This document shows, piece after piece, positions 19,883 through 28,156 of a stretch of DNA of 37,902 bases. Where the stretch lies: sequence record SRR22947727_1912. One strand, 5' to 3'. The stretch's first letter is position 1, and every line of letters starts with the position of its first letter. Made by a program: the position numbers and the translations under genes. Under the pieces are notes generated by a model, which saw only the letters and a program-made list of their open reading frames with translations, was not told the DNA's origin and searched no databases.

Positions 19883-20485
19883 CTACACAGGGTGGTTATC
19901 AGGTAACCCGGTGCGAAGTTCTGGAGGCAGATGGCCCAAATCGTTGTGAGTAAGAAGAACAGGTGGTTTCGCCGAGCGGACCCGAATAATCGTGAGACCG
20001 CAGTTGGCCTGGTTGATCCCCATCCACCGCCATGCACTCGCCCCAAACACCTCACGCACAAACCAGGCGATCACGAAGTTGTGGGTAATCAGGAGCTCGT
20101 GACGGTCTTCCCTCGACGGGGTAAACCACTCCCCTAGGGCATCCGTCATCTGTGCTTGGCCCGCGGCAACTTCCTCTTCGGTAACGCCGCCAAAGAACGA
20201 CTCGAAGGCCGCAGGCATATCGGGTTCGGGTCCCGAGGGGATGCAGTCCATCAGCAGCGCACTGGGTGTCGCCTCCTTCATACCCAAGCGCTGCGTGATT
20301 ACCGAGGCAGTGTCAATAGCTCGCTGCAACGGAGAGGTGAAGGCGGCATCAAAGTTAACGCTCGCGAGGCGGTCAGCCACCAACGCAGCCTGCTCCAGTC
20401 CACGCTCGCTCAGAGGACCCTCAGGGAGTCCAAATTCTGCGTCGACCTGTTCACCGTGACGGACGAGATAGAGATACCGGGACAT
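19883..20485 (-). CDS. Histidine phosphatase family protein
   Basis: YLVRHGE, SPLQRA..T, LITHNFVI, ANCGLT. Confidence 0.9.
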   Translation of the reverse strand: MSRYLYLVRHGEQVDAEFGLPEGPLSERGLEQAALVADRLASVNFDAAFTSPLQRAIDTASVITQRLGMKEATPSALLMDCIPSGPEPDMPAAFESFFGGVTEEEVAAGQAQMTDALGEWFTPSREDRHELLITHNFVIAWFVREVFGASAWRWMGINQANCGLTIIRVRSAKPPVLLTHNDLGHLPPELRTGLPDNHPV

Positions 20486-20568
20486 GAAAAACCTTTAGTG
20501 ATGTTGGTGTTACAGGCACTCAGTGTGGGCCTGTTGTATTGCCTCCACGTGTCGTGGAGGTTGAGAGG

Positions 20569-21930
20569 TCATGACGAGCGGATGGTGTCCTGCTCGATGA
20601 CCCCGTCCACTATGCCATCTTTCACGGCACCCACGACAACGGCCGAGAGGGGTGTGGATAAGAGCTCTTGGGCAAGTGATTGAACATCGCCAAGGTCCAC
20701 TCGCGAGAGGCGCTGAAGACCTTCATCGCGATCCACAAACTCGCCGGTGGACAGCTCTGAGCGCCCCAGTCTCATCATGCGTGCATCACTGCTCTCCAAA
20801 GCCAAAGCTGACGCTCCTGCGATGTTACCTCGGGTTCGACTGAGCTCCTCTGCCGTGATTCCCTGATGGGCGATGGAGCTCAACTCTGTGGTCATCAGCC
20901 CTGCCACCTCGGCGACATGAGCGGGAGAGGTCCCTGCCGCCATGCCAAACATGCCAGCATCGGCGTAGGCGCTGGCGAAGCTGTACACCGAATACGCCAA
21001 ACCACGTCGCTCACGGATCTCTTGAAAGAGCCGTGAGGACATTCCACCACCGAGCACCGAACTCAAGACCGACAGAGCCGGCCTGCGCTCATCGGTGGCT
21101 CGAATGCCGTGGGTGGCGAGAGCCACTACCGCTTGCTCAAGAGGTCGGGTGATGACGAGACTCTGGGGCGCACGGTCGATCTCAGCCTGAGCGACACCAC
21201 GTCTCGAGGCCGGAGCGCTGGAAACACCAAGGTCCCACCCTGCGTCGCTCAAAGCCTGTGTGACCCGCTTCACCAGGTCCTTGTGATCAACCGCACCCGC
21301 AGCGGTCACCACCAGCTCGTGGGGCCGGTAGTACCGTGCGTAGTGCTCGAGAACAGATTCTCGGGTGGAAGCACGAATGGTGTCGGGATTACCGCCAATG
21401 GGCCGCCCCAGGGGGTGAGCACGCAGGACAGTTTCGGTGATGCGCTCATGGGCCACATCGCTGGGATCATCATCGGCCATCGCGAGCTCTTCCAGAATGA
21501 CCTGGCGCTCGACTTCAAACTCCGAGGCATCGATAACCGAGGCCGCCACCATGTCCGCAAGAACTTCGATGGCCATCGGGAGATCCTGATCCTGGACTTT
21601 GGCGTAGTAGCAGGTGTGCTCTTTGGCAGTCAAAGCATTGTGCTCGCCACCCACCTGGTCAAAAGCGATGGCGATATCGAGAGCGCTCCGACGAGGCGTC
21701 CCTTTGAACAGCAGATGCTCCAGAAAGTGGGTGGAGCCATAGGCCACCGAGTCTTCGTCTCTCGATCCCACGGCAATCCAGAACCCAATGGAGGTGCTGA
21801 GGGCACCAGGGACCGATTCGCTCAGAATTCGAAGACCGCTGGGGTGGATAGTGCGCGACACCGTGGCGTCACCACTGGCCTGAAAGGACATCTCTGGGGT
21901 CTGAAGATCGAACTCAATTGCAGGCGACAT
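20569..21930 (-). CDS. M16-family (pitrilysin-like) zinc peptidase
   Basis: GSRDE, HFLEH (HxxEH), GGGMSSRLFQEIRE.RGLAYSV. This family usually lies directly downstream of pnp. Confidence 0.93.
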   Translation of the reverse strand: MSPAIEFDLQTPEMSFQASGDATVSRTIHPSGLRILSESVPGALSTSIGFWIAVGSRDEDSVAYGSTHFLEHLLFKGTPRRSALDIAIAFDQVGGEHNALTAKEHTCYYAKVQDQDLPMAIEVLADMVAASVIDASEFEVERQVILEELAMADDDPSDVAHERITETVLRAHPLGRPIGGNPDTIRASTRESVLEHYARYYRPHELVVTAAGAVDHKDLVKRVTQALSDAGWDLGVSSAPASRRGVAQAEIDRAPQSLVITRPLEQAVVALATHGIRATDERRPALSVLSSVLGGGMSSRLFQEIRERRGLAYSVYSFASAYADAGMFGMAAGTSPAHVAEVAGLMTTELSSIAHQGITAEELSRTRGNIAGASALALESSDARMMRLGRSELSTGEFVDRDEGLQRLSRVDLGDVQSLAQELLSTPLSAVVVGAVKDGIVDGVIEQDTIRSS

Positions 21931-21976
21931 AGCTTCCCCACACTACCCGGTCGGATTCCACGCTCCCTCGTTAACG

Positions 21977-22010
21977 ACTGTGGGGCCAGGCCGAAGCCTG
22001 ACCCCACAGT
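21977..22010 (-). terminator. Rhodopsin terminator hairpin with cUUCGg tetraloop
   Basis: Minus strand ACUGUGGGGUCAGGC-UUCG-GCCUGGCCCCACAGU, starting 14 nt after the rhodopsin stop. Confidence 0.75.
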
Positions 22011-22024
22011 GTTGCGTCGAAGGA

Positions 22025-22735
22025 CTAGGCCTTCTTCGCTGCGCTAACTGCGACCATACCAAAGCCGACCTTGTTGAGAACGTCAGCAATGACGTACACA
22101 ATGGCGGCGATGGCGACGGCCGAGGACACGTCAGCACCGGAGAGCTTCATGAACTCTTCGGTTGCAGTGCCGATGGGGTAAATTGCCCATCCGAGCATGA
22201 CGAAGTTACGCATGATCTTCACTGCGCGAGCAGCGTAGTCCGGCATACCATCCGTCTTGACCTGGAACACTGCGTAGACGATGTAGAACCACGCAAGGCT
22301 GGAGATGACGAACCACACGATGGTGGACATTTCACCTTCAGTTCCGACCTCACCGAGGTAACCGGTGATGATCATGATGATGTCGGCGATCACGATTCGG
22401 GTAACGAAACCCTTGGTGACAGCGCCGGCAATCGCCACAATCAAACCAAACTCCACCAGCAACAGAGGCGTGGTGAGGAGCCAGTCGATGTAACGGTAGG
22501 GCATGGTGCCCTGAACTGCATCAGCAGATCCTGCGGCCTGGTCAAAGAAGCCGACGATGTCGGTCATGATCCAGTACATGATTGCTGCGATGAATGTAAT
22601 CGCTCCTGCATAGGTTGCAGTGATGCGGTGCTCAGGCTTGAGGTCGCCTCTCTCCAGTACGAAGTAGAGGGTTCCCGCTGCCATAGCAACGAATCCGAGC
22701 ATGAAGAATGCTTGCGTAATGCTAAGCAGATCCAT
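22025..22735 (-). CDS. Type-1 microbial rhodopsin, DTE motif (predicted light-driven outward H+ pump)
   Basis: Seven TM helices. Helix C RYIDWLLTTPLLLVE, helix D ADIIMIITGY, helix F GWAIYP, helix G ADVLNKVGFG with the Schiff-base Lys. ATG 22735 has SD AAGGGAG, giving 236 aa. Confidence 0.95.
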   Translation of the reverse strand: MDLLSITQAFFMLGFVAMAAGTLYFVLERGDLKPEHRITATYAGAITFIAAIMYWIMTDIVGFFDQAAGSADAVQGTMPYRYIDWLLTTPLLLVEFGLIVAIAGAVTKGFVTRIVIADIIMIITGYLGEVGTEGEMSTIVWFVISSLAWFYIVYAVFQVKTDGMPDYAARAVKIMRNFVMLGWAIYPIGTATEEFMKLSGADVSSAVAIAAIVYVIADVLNKVGFGMVAVSAAKKA

Positions 22736-23059
22736 GATTCTCCCTTGACATGTTTCTGTAGTTATCACCGCCCGCCGCCGCGACGGACCCGTCGGCGGGT
22801 GGACGAGGAATATTCCTCTCGCGCGCTACGAATTCCTCACGGTATCCATAACTCGCGTGCGTAACGCTACTCCCGGGAGGTAATTCTTGCTAGACAAACA
22901 CTCAATTTAAGCTGGAAGTTTCCTGAATGCGGAACGAATTTCCGCGAAACTTCGCACGATGCGAAACGCTTCATTACCGATAAACCTATATTTATTCGGA
23001 TTTTATGATGAGGCGCGGTGTCGCGTTTATTGAATTCTCTTTATTTATTTCGACACGCA

Positions 23060-23092
23060 GAAGGCCGGCTCCCCGAGGGGAAGCCGGCCTTC
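23060..23092 (-). terminator. pnp terminator hairpin
   Basis: GAAGGCCGGCT...AGCCGGCCTTC stem, 12 nt after the pnp stop. Confidence 0.7.
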
Positions 23093-23104
23093 GCAGAATG
23101 ATCG

Positions 23105-25348
23105 TTACTCGTCGTCGGAGGAAGCCTCTGCTTCACCTTCGGCGAGGACCGGGGAGAGCGAAAGCTTGCCACGGTCATCAATCTTGGAGATTTCGACCAG
23201 GACCTTCTGTCCGACGGACAGGACATCCTCGACATCTTCCACTCGCTTGCCACCGGCAAGCTTGCGAACCTCAGAGATGTGCAGCAGTCCATCCTTACCG
23301 GGAACCAGTGAGATGAACGCACCAAAGGTGGCGATCTTCACGACGGTTCCGAGGTACTGCTCTCCTACCTCAGGGTTGACGGGGTTAGCAATCGCGTTCA
23401 CGCGAGCCCGTGCGGCCTCTGCGCTCTCGCCATCGACGGCGCCAATGTAGACGGTGCCGTCATCATCAATCGAGATGTCAGCTCCCGTCTCATCCTGGAT
23501 GGAGTTGATGGTCTTGCCCTTAGGGCCAATCAGCTCACCAATCTTGTCCGAGGGGATCTGAACCGTGATCACGCGAGGCGCGGTCGGTGCCATCTCATCC
23601 GGAGAGTCAATGGCCTGGTTCATCACACCGAGGATGTGAAGGCGGGCTTCCTTGGCCTGGGTCAGCGCACCGGCAAGAACGCTGGCAGGAATTCCATCGA
23701 GCTTGGTGTCCAGCTGAATAGCTGTCACAAACTCGCTGGTTCCAGCGACCTTGAAGTCCATGTCACCCAGTGCGTCTTCTGCTCCGAGGATGTCGGTGAG
23801 AGCGGCGTAGCGCATCTCTCCATCAACCTCGTCAGAGATAAGACCCATGGCGATACCGGCAACGGGTGCCTTCAGGGGCACACCGGCGTTCAGCATCGAC
23901 AGAGTCGAGGCACACACCGAGCCCATGGAGGTTGAACCGTTGGACCCGAGAGCCTCGGACACCTGACGGATGGCGTAGGGGAACTCCTCGCGACTGGGCA
24001 AGACGGGCACAAGTGCGCGCTCTGCCAAGAAACCGTGACCAATCTCACGACGCTTGGGGGTTCCCACACGACCGGTTTCACCGGTGGAGTAGGGCGGGAA
24101 GTTGTAGTGGTGCATGTAGCGCTTGGACTTCACCGGAGCGAGCGAGTCAATCTGCTGCTCCAACTTCAGCATGTTCAAGGTGGTAACACCCATGATCTGG
24201 GTTTCTCCACGCTGGAACAAAGCTGAACCGTGAACGCGGGGAATCACATCGACCTCAGCGTCAATGACGCGAAGGTCGGAGGTTCCACGGCCATCGATAC
24301 GAATGCCCTCGGCCAGAACACGGGTGCGCATAACGCGCTTCGTGACCGACTTGTAAGCAGCCGACACCATCGAGTTGGAGCCCTCTGCGAGTTCTCCAGC
24401 CTCAACCTTGGACGCAATGGCCTCCTTGACGCGAGCCTTCAGCTCGTCATCGGCAGCCTGACGCTCCTGCTTATCAGCGATCTGGTAAATCGAGGCGAGC
24501 TCCTTCGCGGCAATTCCCTCCACTGCGGCGAGAACCTCGTCGGAGTAGTCAGAGAAGACCGGGTAGTTCTCGATTTCCTTGGCGGACTGGTCAGCCATCT
24601 TTTGCTGAGCCTCGACCAGCTGCTTGAGGAAAGGCTTAGCGGCTTCCAGGCCGGCAGCGACCACGTCCTCGTTGGGCTTGGTGGCACCGCCCTGAATGAG
24701 CTCCCAGCTACCCTCGGTTGCTTCGGCCTCCACCATCATGATGGCGACGTCCTCATTGCCCTTCGCGTCCTTGACGACACGACCGGCAACAACGATGTCA
24801 AACACGGCCTCAGCAAGCTGAGAGTGCTTGGGGAAGGCGACCCACTGGTCGCCAATCAGCGCCAAGCGCACAGCGGCGATGGGGCCGCTGAAGGGCAAGC
24901 CAGAGATCTGAGTCGAGGCGCTCGCGGCGTTGATGGCCAGAGCGTCATAGAACTCGTCAGGGGCAATCGAGAGCACCGTAATAACGATCTGGACCTCGTT
25001 GCGCAAACCATCCACAAAGGAGGGGCGCAGCGGCCGGTCGATAAGTCGGCAGACCAGGATGGCCTCAGTGGAGGGGCGACCTTCACGACGGAAGAAGGAT
25101 CCGGGGATCTTTCCTGCTGCGTAGGCACGCTCTTCAACGTCAACAGTCAGGGGGAAGAAGTCAAAACCCTCACGGGCATTCTTCGAGGCACTCGTTGCCG
25201 AGAGCAACATGGTTTCTTCATCCAGGTACGCGGCAACCGCACCCTGGGCTTGTTGGGCCAAACGACCCGTTTCAAAGCGCACGGTGCGCTTTCCGAACTT
25301 GCCGTTATCCAATACGGCTTCAGCGAACTTGATTTCTGGACCTTCCAT
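23105..25348 (-). CDS. pnp: Polyribonucleotide nucleotidyltransferase (PNPase)
   Basis: [59 protein letters not shown] and S1 domains. ATG 25348 preferred on SD spacing. Confidence 0.98.
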   Translation of the reverse strand: MEGPEIKFAEAVLDNGKFGKRTVRFETGRLAQQAQGAVAAYLDEETMLLSATSASKNAREGFDFFPLTVDVEERAYAAGKIPGSFFRREGRPSTEAILVCRLIDRPLRPSFVDGLRNEVQIVITVLSIAPDEFYDALAINAASASTQISGLPFSGPIAAVRLALIGDQWVAFPKHSQLAEAVFDIVVAGRVVKDAKGNEDVAIMMVEAEATEGSWELIQGGATKPNEDVVAAGLEAAKPFLKQLVEAQQKMADQSAKEIENYPVFSDYSDEVLAAVEGIAAKELASIYQIADKQERQAADDELKARVKEAIASKVEAGELAEGSNSMVSAAYKSVTKRVMRTRVLAEGIRIDGRGTSDLRVIDAEVDVIPRVHGSALFQRGETQIMGVTTLNMLKLEQQIDSLAPVKSKRYMHHYNFPPYSTGETGRVGTPKRREIGHGFLAERALVPVLPSREEFPYAIRQVSEALGSNGSTSMGSVCASTLSMLNAGVPLKAPVAGIAMGLISDEVDGEMRYAALTDILGAEDALGDMDFKVAGTSEFVTAIQLDTKLDGIPASVLAGALTQAKEARLHILGVMNQAIDSPDEMAPTAPRVITVQIPSDKIGELIGPKGKTINSIQDETGADISIDDDGTVYIGAVDGESAEAARARVNAIANPVNPEVGEQYLGTVVKIATFGAFISLVPGKDGLLHISEVRKLAGGKRVEDVEDVLSVGQKVLVEISKIDDRGKLSLSPVLAEGEAEASSDDE

Positions 25349-25462
25349 TAAGGTCACATCTCCTTATTTCTCTTCGAACATGCCAAACCGACCGGTCGGG
25401 CATGGCGGCACGCCACGACGAGAGAGGGAAGGATGAGTCCACCACATACGTGGGGCCTGTTT

Positions 25463-25518
25463 CTGGCCAACAGTAGAAGTGCACTGTCCCTGGACAGTAG
25501 ACCACCACCGGTGACCAG
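25463..25518 (-). ncRNA. Probable Actino-pnp cis-regulatory RNA motif in the pnp 5' leader
   Basis: Minus strand CUGGUCACCGGUGGUGGUCU-ACUGUCC-AG-GGACAGU-GCACUUCUACUGUUGGCCAG: closing stem CUGGUC/GGCCAG with an internal hairpin. It lies where the Actino-pnp motif is described. Recognised from memory, not by covariance model. Confidence 0.6.
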
Positions 25519-25608
25519 CTCCTGACCCACCTACTCCCGTAGAGAGCCATATTCAGTTGTGTGCGGGTGAGATTCACCTACTGGTTTAGGGTACCGCGAT
25601 TGTCCCCC

Positions 25609-25644
25609 AAAAGCGATACCCCGCACCACTGGCGCGGGGTATCG
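25609..25644 (-). terminator. rpsO intrinsic terminator
   Basis: Stem CGATACCCCGC/GCGGGGTATCG followed by CUUUU on the minus strand. Confidence 0.75.
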
Positions 25645-25658
25645 ACAGAAAAACAGGA

Positions 25659-25928
25659 TTATCGGCGCAGACCGAGCTTCTCGATCAGGGCACGGTAGCG
25701 AGCAATGTCGATGCGCTGCAGGTAGCCCAACAGGCGACGACGACGACCGACCATGAGCAGGAGACCACGACGCGAGTGGTGGTCGTGCTTGTGCTCCTTG
25801 AGGTGTTCGGTCAGCTCGTTGATGCGATGAGACATCAGCGCAATCTGAACCTCGGGAGAGCCAGTGTCACCGGGGTGAGTGGCGTATGTCTCGATAATGC
25901 TTGCTTTGGTATCTGGCGCAATAGCCAT
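25659..25928 (-). CDS. rpsO: 30S ribosomal protein S15
   Basis: [31 protein letters not shown]. 89 aa from ATG 25928 with AAGGAG SD. Confidence 0.98.
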   Translation of the reverse strand: MAIAPDTKASIIETYATHPGDTGSPEVQIALMSHRINELTEHLKEHKHDHHSRRGLLLMVGRRRRLLGYLQRIDIARYRALIEKLGLRR

Positions 25929-26012
25929 GTCAGCTCTCCTTCGTCTCGCTGCGCGGCGCCCCATCCGGTGATGAAGCTCTACTCTCCGCGGCCGTTACAC
26001 GGCACAAACGGA
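25929..26012 (-). promoter_or_regulatory. rpsO 5' leader, possible S15 autoregulatory RNA
   Basis: About 80 nt of GC-rich leader with pairing potential (CGCGG.../...CCGCG). S15 leaders are known in several phyla. Structure not verified. Confidence 0.4.
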
Positions 26013-26198
26013 AACTCTAGCCCATGCCAGAGATTCGCGAAAGCGCAGTCCGCCTGTAGCTCACACCTCTCCCAAGCCGTTATCAAGCTGTAATGAATGA
26101 GGGATTGACCAGCAGGCCCATTTCTTGCGACGCTAGGGACAAGTTACTCGCCGCTCAGACGTGCCGGAGGCCAAGCCCCGCCCTGGGCGGCGAGGTTC

Positions 26199-27740
26199 TT
26201 AACCGGCGTCTTCAGGTTCAATGGCTGCCGGAGGCAGAGTAATCAGGCCGGTCCCCAGTGTCAGGCCACTAAGTCTCTCGGGAGATAACACCCTCTCCAA
26301 CTCTGCTTCGTCCATCAGACCCTGGGCGATGACAAGTTCCCGAACTGTTCCGCCACCGGCAAGCGCCTCATAGGCGATTGCCGCAGCCTGTGAATAACCG
26401 ATGTAGGGGGTGAGGGCGGTCACCACCCCGACGCTCGCTTCCACTTGCTGATGCAGCCGCTCCTCATTGGCGGTGATCCCCTCCACACAGTTGACCCTCA
26501 GGGTCTTACAGGCGTTGGTGAGCCAGACCACGGATTGCAGAATGGAGGAGGCAATAATCGGCTCAAAAGCGTTGAGCTGCAGCTGCCCGCCTTCGGCCGC
26601 CGCTGTCACGGTAGCATCGGACCCAATGATGGCGAAGGCCACCTGGTTGACGACCTCGGGGATGACGGGGTTCACCTTCCCAGGCATAATCGAGGACCCC
26701 GCTTGACGGGCGGGAAGGTTGATCTCTCCCAAACCTGCTTGGGGACCACTGGAGAGCAGGCGCAGGTCGTTACAGATTTTGGAGAGCTTCACCGCGGCGC
26801 GCTTGAGTGTCCCGGAGAGGGTCATGAATACACCCGCGTCACTGGTCGCTTCAATGAGGTCAGGCGATGTCCTGATGTCGAGACCGGTGAGCTCGGCCAA
26901 GTGGGCGCGGACTGCTTCGGGGTAGCGGGGGTCTGCGGTGATGCCGGTGCCAATTGCAGTGGCACCGAGGTTGATTTCACACAGGAACGGGATGGTTTCT
27001 TTGATGCGATCGTGGTCTTCGCGCAGCGTTGTCGCGAATCCCCCAAATTCTTGACCGAGTGTCATAGGAACAGCGTCTTGGAGTTGGGTGCGCCCCACTT
27101 TCAAGATGGTCTGGAATTCCCGACCTTTCTCGGCAAAGGACTCTGCCAGGAGTTTGTGCTCAGCGAAGAGGCGCTGGACCCCCAAGACCATTCCCAACTT
27201 GATCGCGGTGGGATAGACGTCATTGGTGGACTGTGAACGGTTGACATCGTCAATGGGGTGGAGGTACTCGTACTCCCCCTTAGCGTGACCCATCAGTTCG
27301 AGCCCACGATTGGCGATGACCTCATTCGCACACATGTTGGTCGACGTCCCCGCGCCGCCCTGAACCGCGCCAAGCACAAACTGGTCGTGAAGCGCGCCCG
27401 ACCAGAGCTCTTCACACACCTGGTCGATGACGTCAGCTTTCTCAGCGGAGAGCACACCGATGTCTTTGTTTGCTCTGGCTGCGGCCTGCTTGACACGAGC
27501 AATGCCACGAATCAGGTCGGGATAGTTGGAGATGGCACGTCGAGTAATCGGAAAATTCACCAGAGCGCGGGCCGTATGGATACCCCAGTACGCGTCCTGA
27601 GGGACTTCTAGCTCCCCGAGCGAATCCTTCTCCACCCGCATGACGATGCCGGAGGCGTCCTCACCGGGGGCCAGTCGGTAGCGCGCTTCACCGTCGGGAC
27701 CTTCCTGGAGCGATGGACCAGGACCAGTGGTGTGGACCAC
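26199..27740 (-). CDS. aspA: Aspartate ammonia-lyase
   Basis: RVEKDSLG, QGGAGTSTNM, NRSQSTND, GRTQLQDAVP, GSSIMPGKVNP, QLQLNAFEP. GTG 27740 has an SD; alternative start ATG 27641. Confidence 0.92.
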   Translation of the reverse strand: MVHTTGPGPSLQEGPDGEARYRLAPGEDASGIVMRVEKDSLGELEVPQDAYWGIHTARALVNFPITRRAISNYPDLIRGIARVKQAAARANKDIGVLSAEKADVIDQVCEELWSGALHDQFVLGAVQGGAGTSTNMCANEVIANRGLELMGHAKGEYEYLHPIDDVNRSQSTNDVYPTAIKLGMVLGVQRLFAEHKLLAESFAEKGREFQTILKVGRTQLQDAVPMTLGQEFGGFATTLREDHDRIKETIPFLCEINLGATAIGTGITADPRYPEAVRAHLAELTGLDIRTSPDLIEATSDAGVFMTLSGTLKRAAVKLSKICNDLRLLSSGPQAGLGEINLPARQAGSSIMPGKVNPVIPEVVNQVAFAIIGSDATVTAAAEGGQLQLNAFEPIIASSILQSVVWLTNACKTLRVNCVEGITANEERLHQQVEASVGVVTALTPYIGYSQAAAIAYEALAGGGTVRELVIAQGLMDEAELERVLSPERLSGLTLGTGLITLPPAAIEPEDAG

Positions 27741-27860
27741 GGGTCACCCCCTTTGGTGTTGGAAGGAATATATCTCTTCGCCCCTGAGTTTAGGAGGTCA
27801 TAGGTTAGCGATGAGCGTCGTTACGCTTAACAATCTCACCCGCGATAGAAGAGGCAGAGC

Positions 27861-28121
27861 ATGTCAGCAGATAACAAGACAGTCGAGTTTTACGGAGCAT
27901 CCTGGTGCGGCGATTGTGTTCGCGCTCAGGCCCTGCTGGAGCACTACGGGGTCGACTTCACCTATCACGACGTGGACGCGAGCGAGCAGGACAAGGCGAA
28001 AGCCATTGAACTCAGTGGTCGCCCCAACATTCCAGTGCTCCTCTTTCCCGATGGTTCGGTTCTCACCGAGCCCAGCAACCCTCTGTTGAACAGCAAACTG
28101 ACCGAGCTGGAGATGATTTAG
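27861..28121 (+). CDS. Mycoredoxin/glutaredoxin-like protein
   Basis: YGASWCGDC (CxxC), cis-Pro NIP, FPDGSVLTEPS. Confidence 0.85.
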   Translation: MSADNKTVEFYGASWCGDCVRAQALLEHYGVDFTYHDVDASEQDKAKAIELSGRPNIPVLLFPDGSVLTEPSNPLLNSKLTELEMI

Positions 28122-28156
28122 GCGCCCTGTGGGTGGCCTGACCTAGGCTGTGCCCC

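Noticed and set aside
22025-22735. Heliorhodopsin, Na+/Cl- pump or sensory rhodopsin identity
   Set aside because: The helix C motif is DTE rather than NDQ, NTQ, TSA or the heliorhodopsin pattern. The proton donor Glu is present and no transducer gene is adjacent.
21980-22864. 294-aa + strand ORF antisense to the rhodopsin
   Set aside because: It is the reverse-complement shadow of the rhodopsin (Asp/His/Gly-rich, mirroring hydrophobic codons) and has no recognisable motifs.
24230-25351. 373-aa + strand ORF opposite pnp; likewise 1047-1856, 21109-22047, 26445-27236 and 31786-32706
   Set aside because: These are antisense shadows expected from GC-rich codon bias. Each overlaps a well-supported gene.
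26013-26198. aspA-rpsO intergenic region as a possible sRNA
   Set aside because: It has only a short GC hairpin after the aspA stop plus room for the rpsO promoter. No recognisable RNA family features.
27642-27740. 33-aa N-terminal extension on AspA
   Set aside because: It has no recognisable motif and the start is ambiguous (GTG 27740 versus ATG 27641), so there is no support for a separate function.
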